A stretch of 64,000 nucleotides of DNA, from positions 1 to 64,000 of IMG/VR virus record IMGVR_UViG_3300032236_001100. One strand, given 5' to 3'. The DNA comes from a virus. Each line of letters starts with the position of its first letter. Position 1 is the stretch's first letter. Made by a program: the position numbers and the translations under genes. Below are positions 56,215 to 64,000 of this stretch, one piece after another. The notes beneath the pieces are model-generated. The model did no database searches. It saw nothing but the letters and a program-made list of their open reading frames with translations, and was not told the origin of the DNA.

Positions 56215-56822
56215 GGTTCACGCTCCGATAATCCAGCGTTGGCGTAGTAGGTGTAAGCGAACTGGCCGGTCAGCCACCGCTGCCTGGTCGGGTTCTTGCG
56301 GCTCCCCATGTCGTTCCGTTCCAGCCGGATCGTCCAGGGATAAACAAAGCCGCCATAGCGTCGGTTGGTAGGATTGGTCAGGACGTTGATCGCTGACCCT
56401 TCGAGCTTGTCCAGTTCCTCGACCGAATTCTCGGGATCGCCCATGATCACTTCGAGGACCAGCGAGTACCGAACCGTCCTGGTAGCCACCTGCTGCGATC
56501 CGTCCTGCTGGTGAGCCGCCGGTAAAGGCACGATCATGGCCACGGAATATCCATCCATTGTGGACCGCGACAGTTCAGGCTTGGAGACCAGCAGCACCTC
56601 GTCGAACTTGCCAGTATTCTGGAGCAACTGAATAATGCCGAACCCCAGATTCGTCCCGTAGAAGGCATCGCGATCCGAATGTGCCCACTTCAGGTATCCA
56701 GGCTGACTACCTGTGAACCAGTAAGACTTCAAACCCCAGGCCATGTGTTGGCGCACCGGGTCAGGGGCCGGCTGGCGACCATAAGTCCAATACCGATACG
56801 CCGAACTCACGCCGAGTGCCAT
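56202..56822 (-). CDS. Structural protein, paralogue of 59862-60392
   Basis: DAFYGT..G.G..QLL..T..FD, YGGF..PW..RL.R, L.GQF.Y. Confidence 0.65.
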   Translation of the reverse strand: MALGVSSAYRYWTYGRQPAPDPVRQHMAWGLKSYWFTGSQPGYLKWAHSDRDAFYGTNLGFGIIQLLQNTGKFDEVLLVSKPELSRSTMDGYSVAMIVPLPAAHQQDGSQQVATRTVRYSLVLEVIMGDPENSVEELDKLEGSAINVLTNPTNRRYGGFVYPWTIRLERNDMGSRKNPTRQRWLTGQFAYTYYANAGLSEREPWQP

Positions 56823-56833
56823 GCGACCTCCAA

Positions 56834-57376
56834 TCAGGGCTGGTCAATCAGACCCACGATGGTGAACGAGTCGCCGGAAGTCGGCGTGGCTGGCCAGGGG
56901 CGAGCAAACGTGAAGGTGCGCGTCACACCCACGTAAGACGTGATACGTCGAGCCACTCCAGCCAGGGTGCCACTGGTGAACACAAGGCACATGCCGGTGT
57001 AAAACTGATCGACTGCCTGAAGTCCAGTATTGGCACCGAAGCTGAACGTCGTGATCGAGGTGGGAGCCACGCTGCCGGTGATCGGGCTGATCGGATCGGA
57101 CGTGTAATACCAGCCACCCTCAACAGTCACGCCCGACGTGGTGGAACTGGCGTACCAGTGCAGGATGTTGGCATTGGTTTCAGCCTGGGAAAGCGGGAAC
57201 ACGTAGAAGCCGCCACCGACCTCGGTGGGATGCACCGCGCTGGTCGCCACAGGCGTGGCCGCATCCTTCGACAGGTATCCCGTGATGTTGGCCGCATCAC
57301 CAGTCTTGGCCGTTCCCGTCGAATCGGTCGCATAAACCGAAACCACCTGACCGGCCACGTTCTTGTAAAAAGGCAT
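56834..57376 (-). CDS. Structural protein, paralogue of the C-terminus of 60389-62599
   Basis: FY.G..L.FTSG.L.G.ARRI..Y.GVT...TFA..WP..P...D.F.I.G. Confidence 0.7.
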   Translation of the reverse strand: MPFYKNVAGQVVSVYATDSTGTAKTGDAANITGYLSKDAATPVATSAVHPTEVGGGFYVFPLSQAETNANILHWYASSTTSGVTVEGGWYYTSDPISPITGSVAPTSITTFSFGANTGLQAVDQFYTGMCLVFTSGTLAGVARRITSYVGVTRTFTFARPWPATPTSGDSFTIVGLIDQP

Positions 57377-57396
57377 CTCTGACTACTCCGATCAGG

Positions 57397-59865
57397 TTAA
57401 CCGAAAAATCGATTCTTGTTACGTGAAACGTTACGACGGCCCCCTTGCCTGCCTTGTGGTGCTGGCCGGTTGTCTGCGGCACCGTAGTGAGCCGTGCGAG
57501 CCGTTCCGATAGCAGGCACCGAGGCCAGCGTAGGTGTGTAGGCAGCAGCGAATGCCTGATAGCACTTGCTGGCATCGCTCCAGACGCCCCAGGAGCCTGC
57601 CTGACGAGCCCTGAGAGCCGAGTCGAGCGAACTTAGGCTTGAGCCCAGGCTGTTGTCCTGAGCCCAGCCAGCGAGCTTGTACGTGCCGCGACTGAATGCC
57701 GGTGTACTTGCCAGGGCAATGCCATTGGTATCACGGCCCTTGGCCTGCCATGCTGCAAAGCTCTTGGTCGAAACGTCAGGCCAGTAAAATGCCGAGTTCT
57801 GGGTGCTGATCTGGTAGGCGTTGTAGTTGACCTGAGCCTGGGTTGTCACATCGAACGAGCCGGAACTGAGTCGTGCCGAACGAAGCGGCGTGCCCTGGTA
57901 GTCCACACCCGTCCCTGGTCGGTTTACCACCAAATTGTGATCAATCAGGGCTTTCTGGTTCGGCAGCTTGTTGCCCAAACTGTAAGAGCCAGCATCAACT
58001 GCCGTGTTGTGCCGGATTGCGATCCAGTTGTGGGCATAAGCACTGGTGCTGTCCCAATGAACCCAGTTAACGCCATCGTAGTTTGTGATCGCTACGCGCT
58101 TTTCGTTTACACCGGAATTGCCTACGAAGATATTGTACGAAATCCTGGCTTCCGGCTTGTCGCTATCAGCCGCATCAAGCACCGAACTGTAAACACCTGC
58201 ATCTTGAAACACGCACTTCTTGAGTGAGACCGTGCTGCCACCACTGAAGTGCGAGGCATTTCCTGCGAATATCGAGTACCAGCAACCACCCCCGCCTCGC
58301 TGCTGGATACCACTCAAGCAACCATCGAACACCCAGCACCCATCCACGATCAAGTCATGAGACATCGTGGAAATGTAGCCATTGTGATTGTAGAAGTCGT
58401 TATTGCTGGGATCGGTCAAGTCTTTCCAGCCATTGTGGCTAAACAGCGTGTCTTTGAACGTCCAGTTGCCACAGTGCGCGATGAAAATGCCCGACACATG
58501 CTTCGAGCCAGGAGCAGCACTGGCCAGGGCCGTATGAATGATCGACTTGTGTATCATGCAGCCAATTGAGGCGATAAACTGGGCCGAACCATAGCCAGCC
58601 ACAAGACAAATGTTCTGGAACAAGCAATCGCTGATGATCACATAGTCTTGAGTCTTATTTGTGACCCATGTATCACCGTTGGCGATCAGGCTCGTGTCGC
58701 GCACGAACGCCAGTCCGCGAAAATACTGGTAAGGCCACGTTCCATAGGTGGCTCGGCCACCGTTGGTCGTGTCTCCCTGGCCAAACCAGAACCAACCGTT
58801 GGTGTTCATGCCAGGATCAGACGAGTCCTGAAGCACGGGACGAGTACCAGGGTCAGCACCGTAGGCTGGGTTCCAGTAGCTCTCGAACAGAGTCGGCGTG
58901 GTCAAGCCCGTGCCCCAGTGCGCCGTGACCCATTGGTCGGCAGGCCATGTATCGCCCCTCAGCCAGCAGAACCGTACATTCTTCTGACTGGAACTGACCT
59001 GCGAATCAGCGTAGTTCTTGGTTTTATAAGGCTTGGCCAGTGTGCCAGCATCACTGCTGTCTGTACCATGACTGTATGAGATATACACCGTCTTGGAGAA
59101 CGTGAACGATTCGACGGCCAGGAACCCGCTCGCGTTGACGACCGACTGGTTATCTGCCGTGGTTGAGACTGCTGCCGTGCCGTTGCCCAGGCCATCGACG
59201 ATCAGGTTGGCCGGTGCCGAAATCGTGACCGCAGACCCGCATGGCAGGGGCGAACTTGTCCGTACATTCACCTTGAGGCAGACCGACTGCGGTGCCCAGG
59301 TCGACCCGCTGCCATTGAAGCTGGTCAGAGTGTAGCTTGTCGCGCCCGTGCTGGAGTAAGTACCAACGAGGTGAAAGTTCGTGTATACCGGGCTTTGCGT
59401 GGCCGCATAGATTCGCAGAGTTTGACCGGCCTGCAAGGCTTTGCGCCAACCAAACGTCACGGAACCCGATGCTGGGACCACCACTCCCGACTCATTGGAG
59501 TACGAGTAGATTGGTGGCGAGGTATAGATCTCATTGCCACTGGCATCGGCAATCGTCACCAGAAATACATAGCTGCCAGCCGAGATGCTGCCGCCCGTGG
59601 TGGGAGGCAACACCCAGGCAAGCGGCATGTTGTAGTCTTCGCATCGAACTCCCATGATCTCGGCGGCAACGCCATTGACCTGAATCGTCAATCCTGCGTC
59701 GATTCCAGGGATCTCGTCGAAGAAACCACAGTCGGTGGATCGCACCAATGCCGACTGGCCGACCGCAACTCCAGCCTCGAACTGAAGGCGAACATTTTGC
59801 CCGTCGCCAAGGACGGTGGCCGATGTCAGCTGGAATTGCCGTGGCATATGTGTTTCCCTTGTCAA
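57397..59865 (-). CDS. Right-handed beta-helix protein (tailspike / depolymerase-like)
   Basis: G.D...GT..KPYKT, RGDTW, GIF, HNG Y and repeated N-stack turns. Confidence 0.7.
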   Translation of the reverse strand: MTRETHMPRQFQLTSATVLGDGQNVRLQFEAGVAVGQSALVRSTDCGFFDEIPGIDAGLTIQVNGVAAEIMGVRCEDYNMPLAWVLPPTTGGSISAGSYVFLVTIADASGNEIYTSPPIYSYSNESGVVVPASGSVTFGWRKALQAGQTLRIYAATQSPVYTNFHLVGTYSSTGATSYTLTSFNGSGSTWAPQSVCLKVNVRTSSPLPCGSAVTISAPANLIVDGLGNGTAAVSTTADNQSVVNASGFLAVESFTFSKTVYISYSHGTDSSDAGTLAKPYKTKNYADSQVSSSQKNVRFCWLRGDTWPADQWVTAHWGTGLTTPTLFESYWNPAYGADPGTRPVLQDSSDPGMNTNGWFWFGQGDTTNGGRATYGTWPYQYFRGLAFVRDTSLIANGDTWVTNKTQDYVIISDCLFQNICLVAGYGSAQFIASIGCMIHKSIIHTALASAAPGSKHVSGIFIAHCGNWTFKDTLFSHNGWKDLTDPSNNDFYNHNGYISTMSHDLIVDGCWVFDGCLSGIQQRGGGGCWYSIFAGNASHFSGGSTVSLKKCVFQDAGVYSSVLDAADSDKPEARISYNIFVGNSGVNEKRVAITNYDGVNWVHWDSTSAYAHNWIAIRHNTAVDAGSYSLGNKLPNQKALIDHNLVVNRPGTGVDYQGTPLRSARLSSGSFDVTTQAQVNYNAYQISTQNSAFYWPDVSTKSFAAWQAKGRDTNGIALASTPAFSRGTYKLAGWAQDNSLGSSLSSLDSALRARQAGSWGVWSDASKCYQAFAAAYTPTLASVPAIGTARTAHYGAADNRPAPQGRQGGRRNVSRNKNRFFG

Positions 59866-60392
59866 ACAGTCTGGAACGTGTCGTCGGACATGGTGCTTGG
59901 AACCCGATATCCAAACTGTCCAGAAAGTTGACGCCGCTTATCGGGCACGTTGTACGATTGATTTGCAGATCGGCTTAACCGCGAAAGCCAGGGCAAGCAA
60001 AAGCCACCATACTCCCGGCTGTCTTTACTCATAATCGCATTTAAAGCAATGGATTCGAGTTGATCTAGAAGATTATAGGCAGTTTCCTGCCATGTTTCAT
60101 GGACCTCGAAAATCAGCGAGTAGGGAACGATCCTGATTCGGGTGCCTGGAGTGCCGTCATTCTCGAACCGCACCCCTTGAACCTCGAAGATTGCCGCCAC
60201 GCGATGCTCGGACGACAGCCAGTTTTCATCGGCCTTGCGACCAACCGCAATCGAGTCGAATGCGCTGGTTTTGTCAAGCAACTGCGTCAGGCCAAGGCCA
60301 TAGTCGGTCCCGTAGAATGCATCAGCATCACGGAACGGGCCACGCATGGACCGTGCGAGGTTCCAGTAGTTTGGGTTTGAGGGACGAATCAT
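59862..60392 (-). CDS. Structural protein, paralogue of 56202-56822
   Basis: Shared motifs listed under the paralogue. Confidence 0.65.
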   Translation of the reverse strand: MIRPSNPNYWNLARSMRGPFRDADAFYGTDYGLGLTQLLDKTSAFDSIAVGRKADENWLSSEHRVAAIFEVQGVRFENDGTPGTRIRIVPYSLIFEVHETWQETAYNLLDQLESIALNAIMSKDSREYGGFCLPWLSRLSRSANQSYNVPDKRRQLSGQFGYRVPSTMSDDTFQTV

Positions 60393-62599
60393 TCAATGCG
60401 TCCCATGATGATGAACGTGTCAGAAAGACTGGGAATGGTAGGCCATGCCGTGGCAAAGGTCAGCACCTTGGTAACGCCATCGTAGCCCGAGATCCGGCGA
60501 GCCATTCCCGAAAGAGCCCCACTGGTGAACAGCAGGACCGAACCCACGTAAAATCCACCCTGGCTGGAGAGGTACGAGTCGCCCGTGAACGAGGTGGTGC
60601 TGATCGAGCCGGATGCCACCGAAGACGATAGGTACGTCGAAACTTCGGTCGAGAGCAGGTGAAACACCGGCATGCAACCCGTGATCGAGAACGAAAGCCC
60701 AACAAGGTCGGCGTTCATGACGGCAGCAGGAACTTGGGACCAGACCCAGGTTTGCCCGGTGGCATCGTAAGTTGCTGATCCACTGACCGAACCGGATACA
60801 CCGTTCGCGTAATAGGTGGCCGAGACAGTACCCGAAGTCACTTCTTGGCCGGTGGCGATGCTTACGAATCGGCCAATCGGCAGGTTACTCAGATTGGCAT
60901 TGCGTGGAACCACCGGATTTGCTCCCAAGATGCGAGGGCGTGCCTCAGTGACGTAAAGGAAGTATTTGGATACCTGCCAGATCGTGGGCTGGCCGACCTG
61001 AAGCGAAGAAGCAACCCCTGCCGAAATCGTGATGGTGGACGTTAGATTGGCAGTTCCAACCACAAGGCTTGAGCCAATTCCTGCTGAAAGCGAAACAGCC
61101 GCCGATACCGCAGGAGTTCCTGTCCTGAGCGTCGATGCAATCCCTACCGACTGGAGCAGCGATGCCAGCGTGATCGGTTGCCCAACCGCCGATGTCGCGG
61201 CAATCCCAGCTGACACCTGAACAGTCGAAGTTCTGACCGGGCTCCCGACAACGGCAGTCGATGCGATTCCAGACTGAACTGTTACTGAAGCCGTTGCCGA
61301 TACGGTGCCAACCTGACCAGTGCTTGGGATTCCAGCTGAAGCCAACAACGAAGGGATCACGCTGGGCTGAATCGCACCAATCGAGAGGAATCCCTGCGAA
61401 ACTCCTAATCCTGTTCCCGGCTGCACGGCCCCAATCGACACGAAGCCAACCGAAGGCACTCTGGCTGCGACCGGCGATCCTGCGACCAGAACTGAAGAAA
61501 TGCCGCTTGAAGAAGAAACCTGAGTCCCAATGACCGGGTTTCCAACATTTAAACTGGACGCGCTTCCAATTTGGGAAACAACAGTTGTGTTAGACGTTAC
61601 GCCGCCAGAAACAAGCGAAGAAGCGATTCCCGACGAAGCGAAAATGGGCGTGTCAGTCTTTGGTGATCCAACGACTAATAGAGAAGCTATTCCGCTTGAT
61701 GTTACGGCCAGACCACTGATCGTTGCCTGTCCAACAATTAATGATGATTGTCCACCTATTGAAGACGAAACATTCGGAATGGTTGTTGTAGAACCAACAA
61801 CGCTTTGCGATGACACGCCAACGAAAGAGTTTTGTGTTAATGGTACAGATGGCTGCACAGCACCAATGCTGACATATCCCAGGCTTATGCCAGAAGATGT
61901 GCCGGGCTGAACTGCACCGATAGACAAATAGCTTGGCTTAGGAGGAACTAATATTGGATACCATATAGCGGACACTCTGAATCCGCTATATGCCGTTGCA
62001 GGCGAAACAGACCATGCTACGTTAAGAGTTGATCCCGTAGCGAAGGTGCCATAAGCTAGGCCGATCCCTGTGCTTTTTCCAGATACAAACGTGGAGGAAG
62101 CCAGCGAATAGCCAGTGGTATTGGTTGATAGCGATGTTGGCCCGACAAGATTCCCACCATAGTCAGTACCCCACATTCCATCAAGCAAAACTGCCAAGCA
62201 TTTGTCGGATGATGTGGGAATGCCAATCCCAAAACTATCAGTAAAATTTTGCGATGCGTCAGTTTTGAGCCCTGTACTTACCTGATAGAACGCACCAACG
62301 CCCGAAAATCCAACCGCAGCTATTGAGGGATACCCCGAAGCTGTGGAGCTTATTGTTGTTGCTGTGAACGTGTGGCCGGAACCTACCGTAGGATTTGCGC
62401 AAGAATAAAGATAAGCTCCGTTAGACGAATTTCCTACAAGGGAATAAGTGTTGCCAAAACTATCGGTAATAGAAACGGCAGCAGCTGTGGAAACACCCAG
62501 TACCAAAAACGTCGCGCCGGTAGTATTAACTGCCGACGTTGTGACGCTCTTGCTATTGTTGCTGCTGGCCGAAACGCTAAATACCGAAGCTATTGCCAC
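60389..62599 (-). CDS. Ser/Gly/Val-rich repetitive virion protein
   Basis: Approximately 21-aa GI.S...VG.P repeats, four SIGA(V/I)QP motifs, shared C-terminal domain. Confidence 0.7.
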   Translation of the reverse strand: MAIASVFSVSASSNNSKSVTTSAVNTTGATFLVLGVSTAAAVSITDSFGNTYSLVGNSSNGAYLYSCANPTVGSGHTFTATTISSTASGYPSIAAVGFSGVGAFYQVSTGLKTDASQNFTDSFGIGIPTSSDKCLAVLLDGMWGTDYGGNLVGPTSLSTNTTGYSLASSTFVSGKSTGIGLAYGTFATGSTLNVAWSVSPATAYSGFRVSAIWYPILVPPKPSYLSIGAVQPGTSSGISLGYVSIGAVQPSVPLTQNSFVGVSSQSVVGSTTTIPNVSSSIGGQSSLIVGQATISGLAVTSSGIASLLVVGSPKTDTPIFASSGIASSLVSGGVTSNTTVVSQIGSASSLNVGNPVIGTQVSSSSGISSVLVAGSPVAARVPSVGFVSIGAVQPGTGLGVSQGFLSIGAIQPSVIPSLLASAGIPSTGQVGTVSATASVTVQSGIASTAVVGSPVRTSTVQVSAGIAATSAVGQPITLASLLQSVGIASTLRTGTPAVSAAVSLSAGIGSSLVVGTANLTSTITISAGVASSLQVGQPTIWQVSKYFLYVTEARPRILGANPVVPRNANLSNLPIGRFVSIATGQEVTSGTVSATYYANGVSGSVSGSATYDATGQTWVWSQVPAAVMNADLVGLSFSITGCMPVFHLLSTEVSTYLSSSVASGSISTTSFTGDSYLSSQGGFYVGSVLLFTSGALSGMARRISGYDGVTKVLTFATAWPTIPSLSDTFIIMGRIE

Positions 62600-62601
62600 A
62601 C

Positions 62602-63939
62602 TTACACCTCAAGTTGGCCGGGGAATCCGGCCTGGCGGGAAGCCGCACCAGAAACCAACGTGTAATCGTGACTTGCGCCAGGGCTAACAAACGGGGAACT
62701 GCTTTCGAGAGTCAATCCTCGCTGCGTGGACTCAAACACGCTGCTGACGTTGCCTGATGTGTTGCTATAGAAAGCGTTGTTATGCAACGCCAATTGCCAG
62801 GAATTGGTCATTGCATTGTTAATTCCGTAGCTTGTACAATTGGAAAAGATATTGTTGGCCACAAACTGATAGGATGAATTGTTTCCGGTTGTGATCCCAG
62901 TGCCGCAGTTATAAAACGTGTTATTGATAACGACAATGTTTGATGAGCCGCCAGAGTACAAGGCAAGACCAACTGTGCAACTATCAAATAGATTGAAAGC
63001 TACAAAATAATTTGTGAGAAGTGTGAGAGCAGGATTGCCACCACGAAACACATTTCCAATATACATTCCAAAGCTATTGGCTGCTCCATTACTTGCTGGG
63101 GCGAAAAGGCATCCAGTTGCGTGGACGAACCCGTAGATGCACGTCCCTCCAGTGAAACGACATCTATGAACGCGAAGAAACGTAGTGGGAGAAATGCCGG
63201 TAGTGTTAGTGGGGTTTGTGAACTCTAGATTTTCAAACCAGCTATAAGCACCTGAAGTAATATTGTTGCCGCTGGTGGTGGAAAATGTGATCTGAGGGCG
63301 TGTTGCTCCTGAAGGTGCCGCCGTAGCTCCGGCAGGTGCCGTGAGCGTGCCGTTGATATTGGCGCACTCGTCAATATCGCCAATCGTGCTGTAATAACCA
63401 CGATACCAGATCGGCTTTGCCGTTAATGCTGTGGGCAATGTGACGGCGGCAGCATAGGCGTATGTACCAGCCTTGATGTTGACTCGCAAACCGTTATAGG
63501 TTGCTGACGTCATCGCGCCCGACAAGCTAGGCACAGTGCCGTTCATGCACCCGTTGGTTCCGGTGATACCGAATCCAGCCCATGCACCGCCCACACGACA
63601 CAATACCGCACCGGCACCACCGCCGCTGGTCAGGCCCGTGGCAAGACCTAGTCCGGTCGTGCTGTAGCCTGTTCCGCTGGCATACAGCACGGTGATTGTC
63701 GTGTTATCGTTGGTTGCAACTTGACCGACAAATCGAGCGATGGTGTCGGCACTGTTATACAACGAGACCCACGCACCCACGGCCACGCCCGTGAACGCGC
63801 CACTGGCTCCGGTGAACGTGATCGTGCCGGTTGAGACTGTGCAAGTGACCGAAGGAATCGGCGTAGGATTTGATCCATTGTCCGTTCCCGCGTTCAGGTT
63901 GCTGCCAGTCGTCTGAATATACAGGTCAAGGAGAGCCAT
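62602..63939 (-). CDS. Right-handed beta-helix virion protein
   Basis: NIKAGTY, NNTFYNC..GI, NNIFSNC..YGI, NNAFYSN; GAGG RBS. Confidence 0.7.
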   Translation of the reverse strand: MALLDLYIQTTGSNLNAGTDNGSNPTPIPSVTCTVSTGTITFTGASGAFTGVAVGAWVSLYNSADTIARFVGQVATNDNTTITVLYASGTGYSTTGLGLATGLTSGGGAGAVLCRVGGAWAGFGITGTNGCMNGTVPSLSGAMTSATYNGLRVNIKAGTYAYAAAVTLPTALTAKPIWYRGYYSTIGDIDECANINGTLTAPAGATAAPSGATRPQITFSTTSGNNITSGAYSWFENLEFTNPTNTTGISPTTFLRVHRCRFTGGTCIYGFVHATGCLFAPASNGAANSFGMYIGNVFRGGNPALTLLTNYFVAFNLFDSCTVGLALYSGGSSNIVVINNTFYNCGTGITTGNNSSYQFVANNIFSNCTSYGINNAMTNSWQLALHNNAFYSNTSGNVSSVFESTQRGLTLESSSPFVSPGASHDYTLVSGAASRQAGFPGQLEV

Positions 63940-64000
63940 GTATCAACCTCAGCGAGTGAGACCGTTGACTTGAATTGCCATTGCCTGCTGCACTGCCGTG

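Noticed and set aside
43287-63939. Diversity-generating retroelement acting on tail genes
   Set aside because: No reverse transcriptase and no TR/VR pair with adenine-specific differences seen; the paralogous segments differ at all base types
1-64000. tRNA/rRNA genes, stop-codon reassignment, introns or inteins
   Set aside because: No cloverleaf or rRNA recognised by eye; conserved genes are full length in the standard code without large insertions. tRNAscan-SE was not run

Overview
The window is about 64 kb of a large temperate tailed phage (or prophage) genome. The host is probably a planctomycete, because the integrase has a planctomycete-type N-terminus and one small protein carries the Planctomycete extracellular (LEPR-XLL-like) motif. 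Layout: (1) 1-1.4 kb: terminal repeats and a small terminase subunit; (2) 1.5-14.3 kb: a + strand early region of small genes behind sigma70-type promoters; (3) 14.3-30.7 kb on the - strand: a possible lysis module with a papain-like protease, nucleotide metabolism (dut, dNMP kinase, HD hydrolase, thyX), a sigma factor and replication/recombination genes (dnaN, SF2 helicase, Prim-Pol, Rad52/Sak); (4) 30.5-33 kb: lysogeny module (Xis/Cro-like, XRE repressor, attP candidate, tyrosine integrase); (5) 33-43 kb: accessory genes (Gp157, SLOG-like, pentapeptide repeat, RuvC-like, second sigma factor, glycosyltransferase, HAD); (6) 43-64 kb: tail genes. Capsid, portal and large terminase lie outside the window. 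The most unusual signal is non-coding. About 11 gene leaders carry an RNA hairpin with an invariant CUGACC loop on freely covarying stems, followed by a conserved CGAGAGGA ribosome-binding site. A separate promoter-to-terminator unit just after the integrase would make a ~120-nt RNA complementary to both elements. In addition, a polar CCCC-N-GATTTTT motif marks nearly every early gene junction, a 16-bp perfect palindrome is dispersed across the genome, and a 12-bp operator-like palindrome recurs at promoters. All calls come from reading the sequence by eye; no database search or folding program was run.
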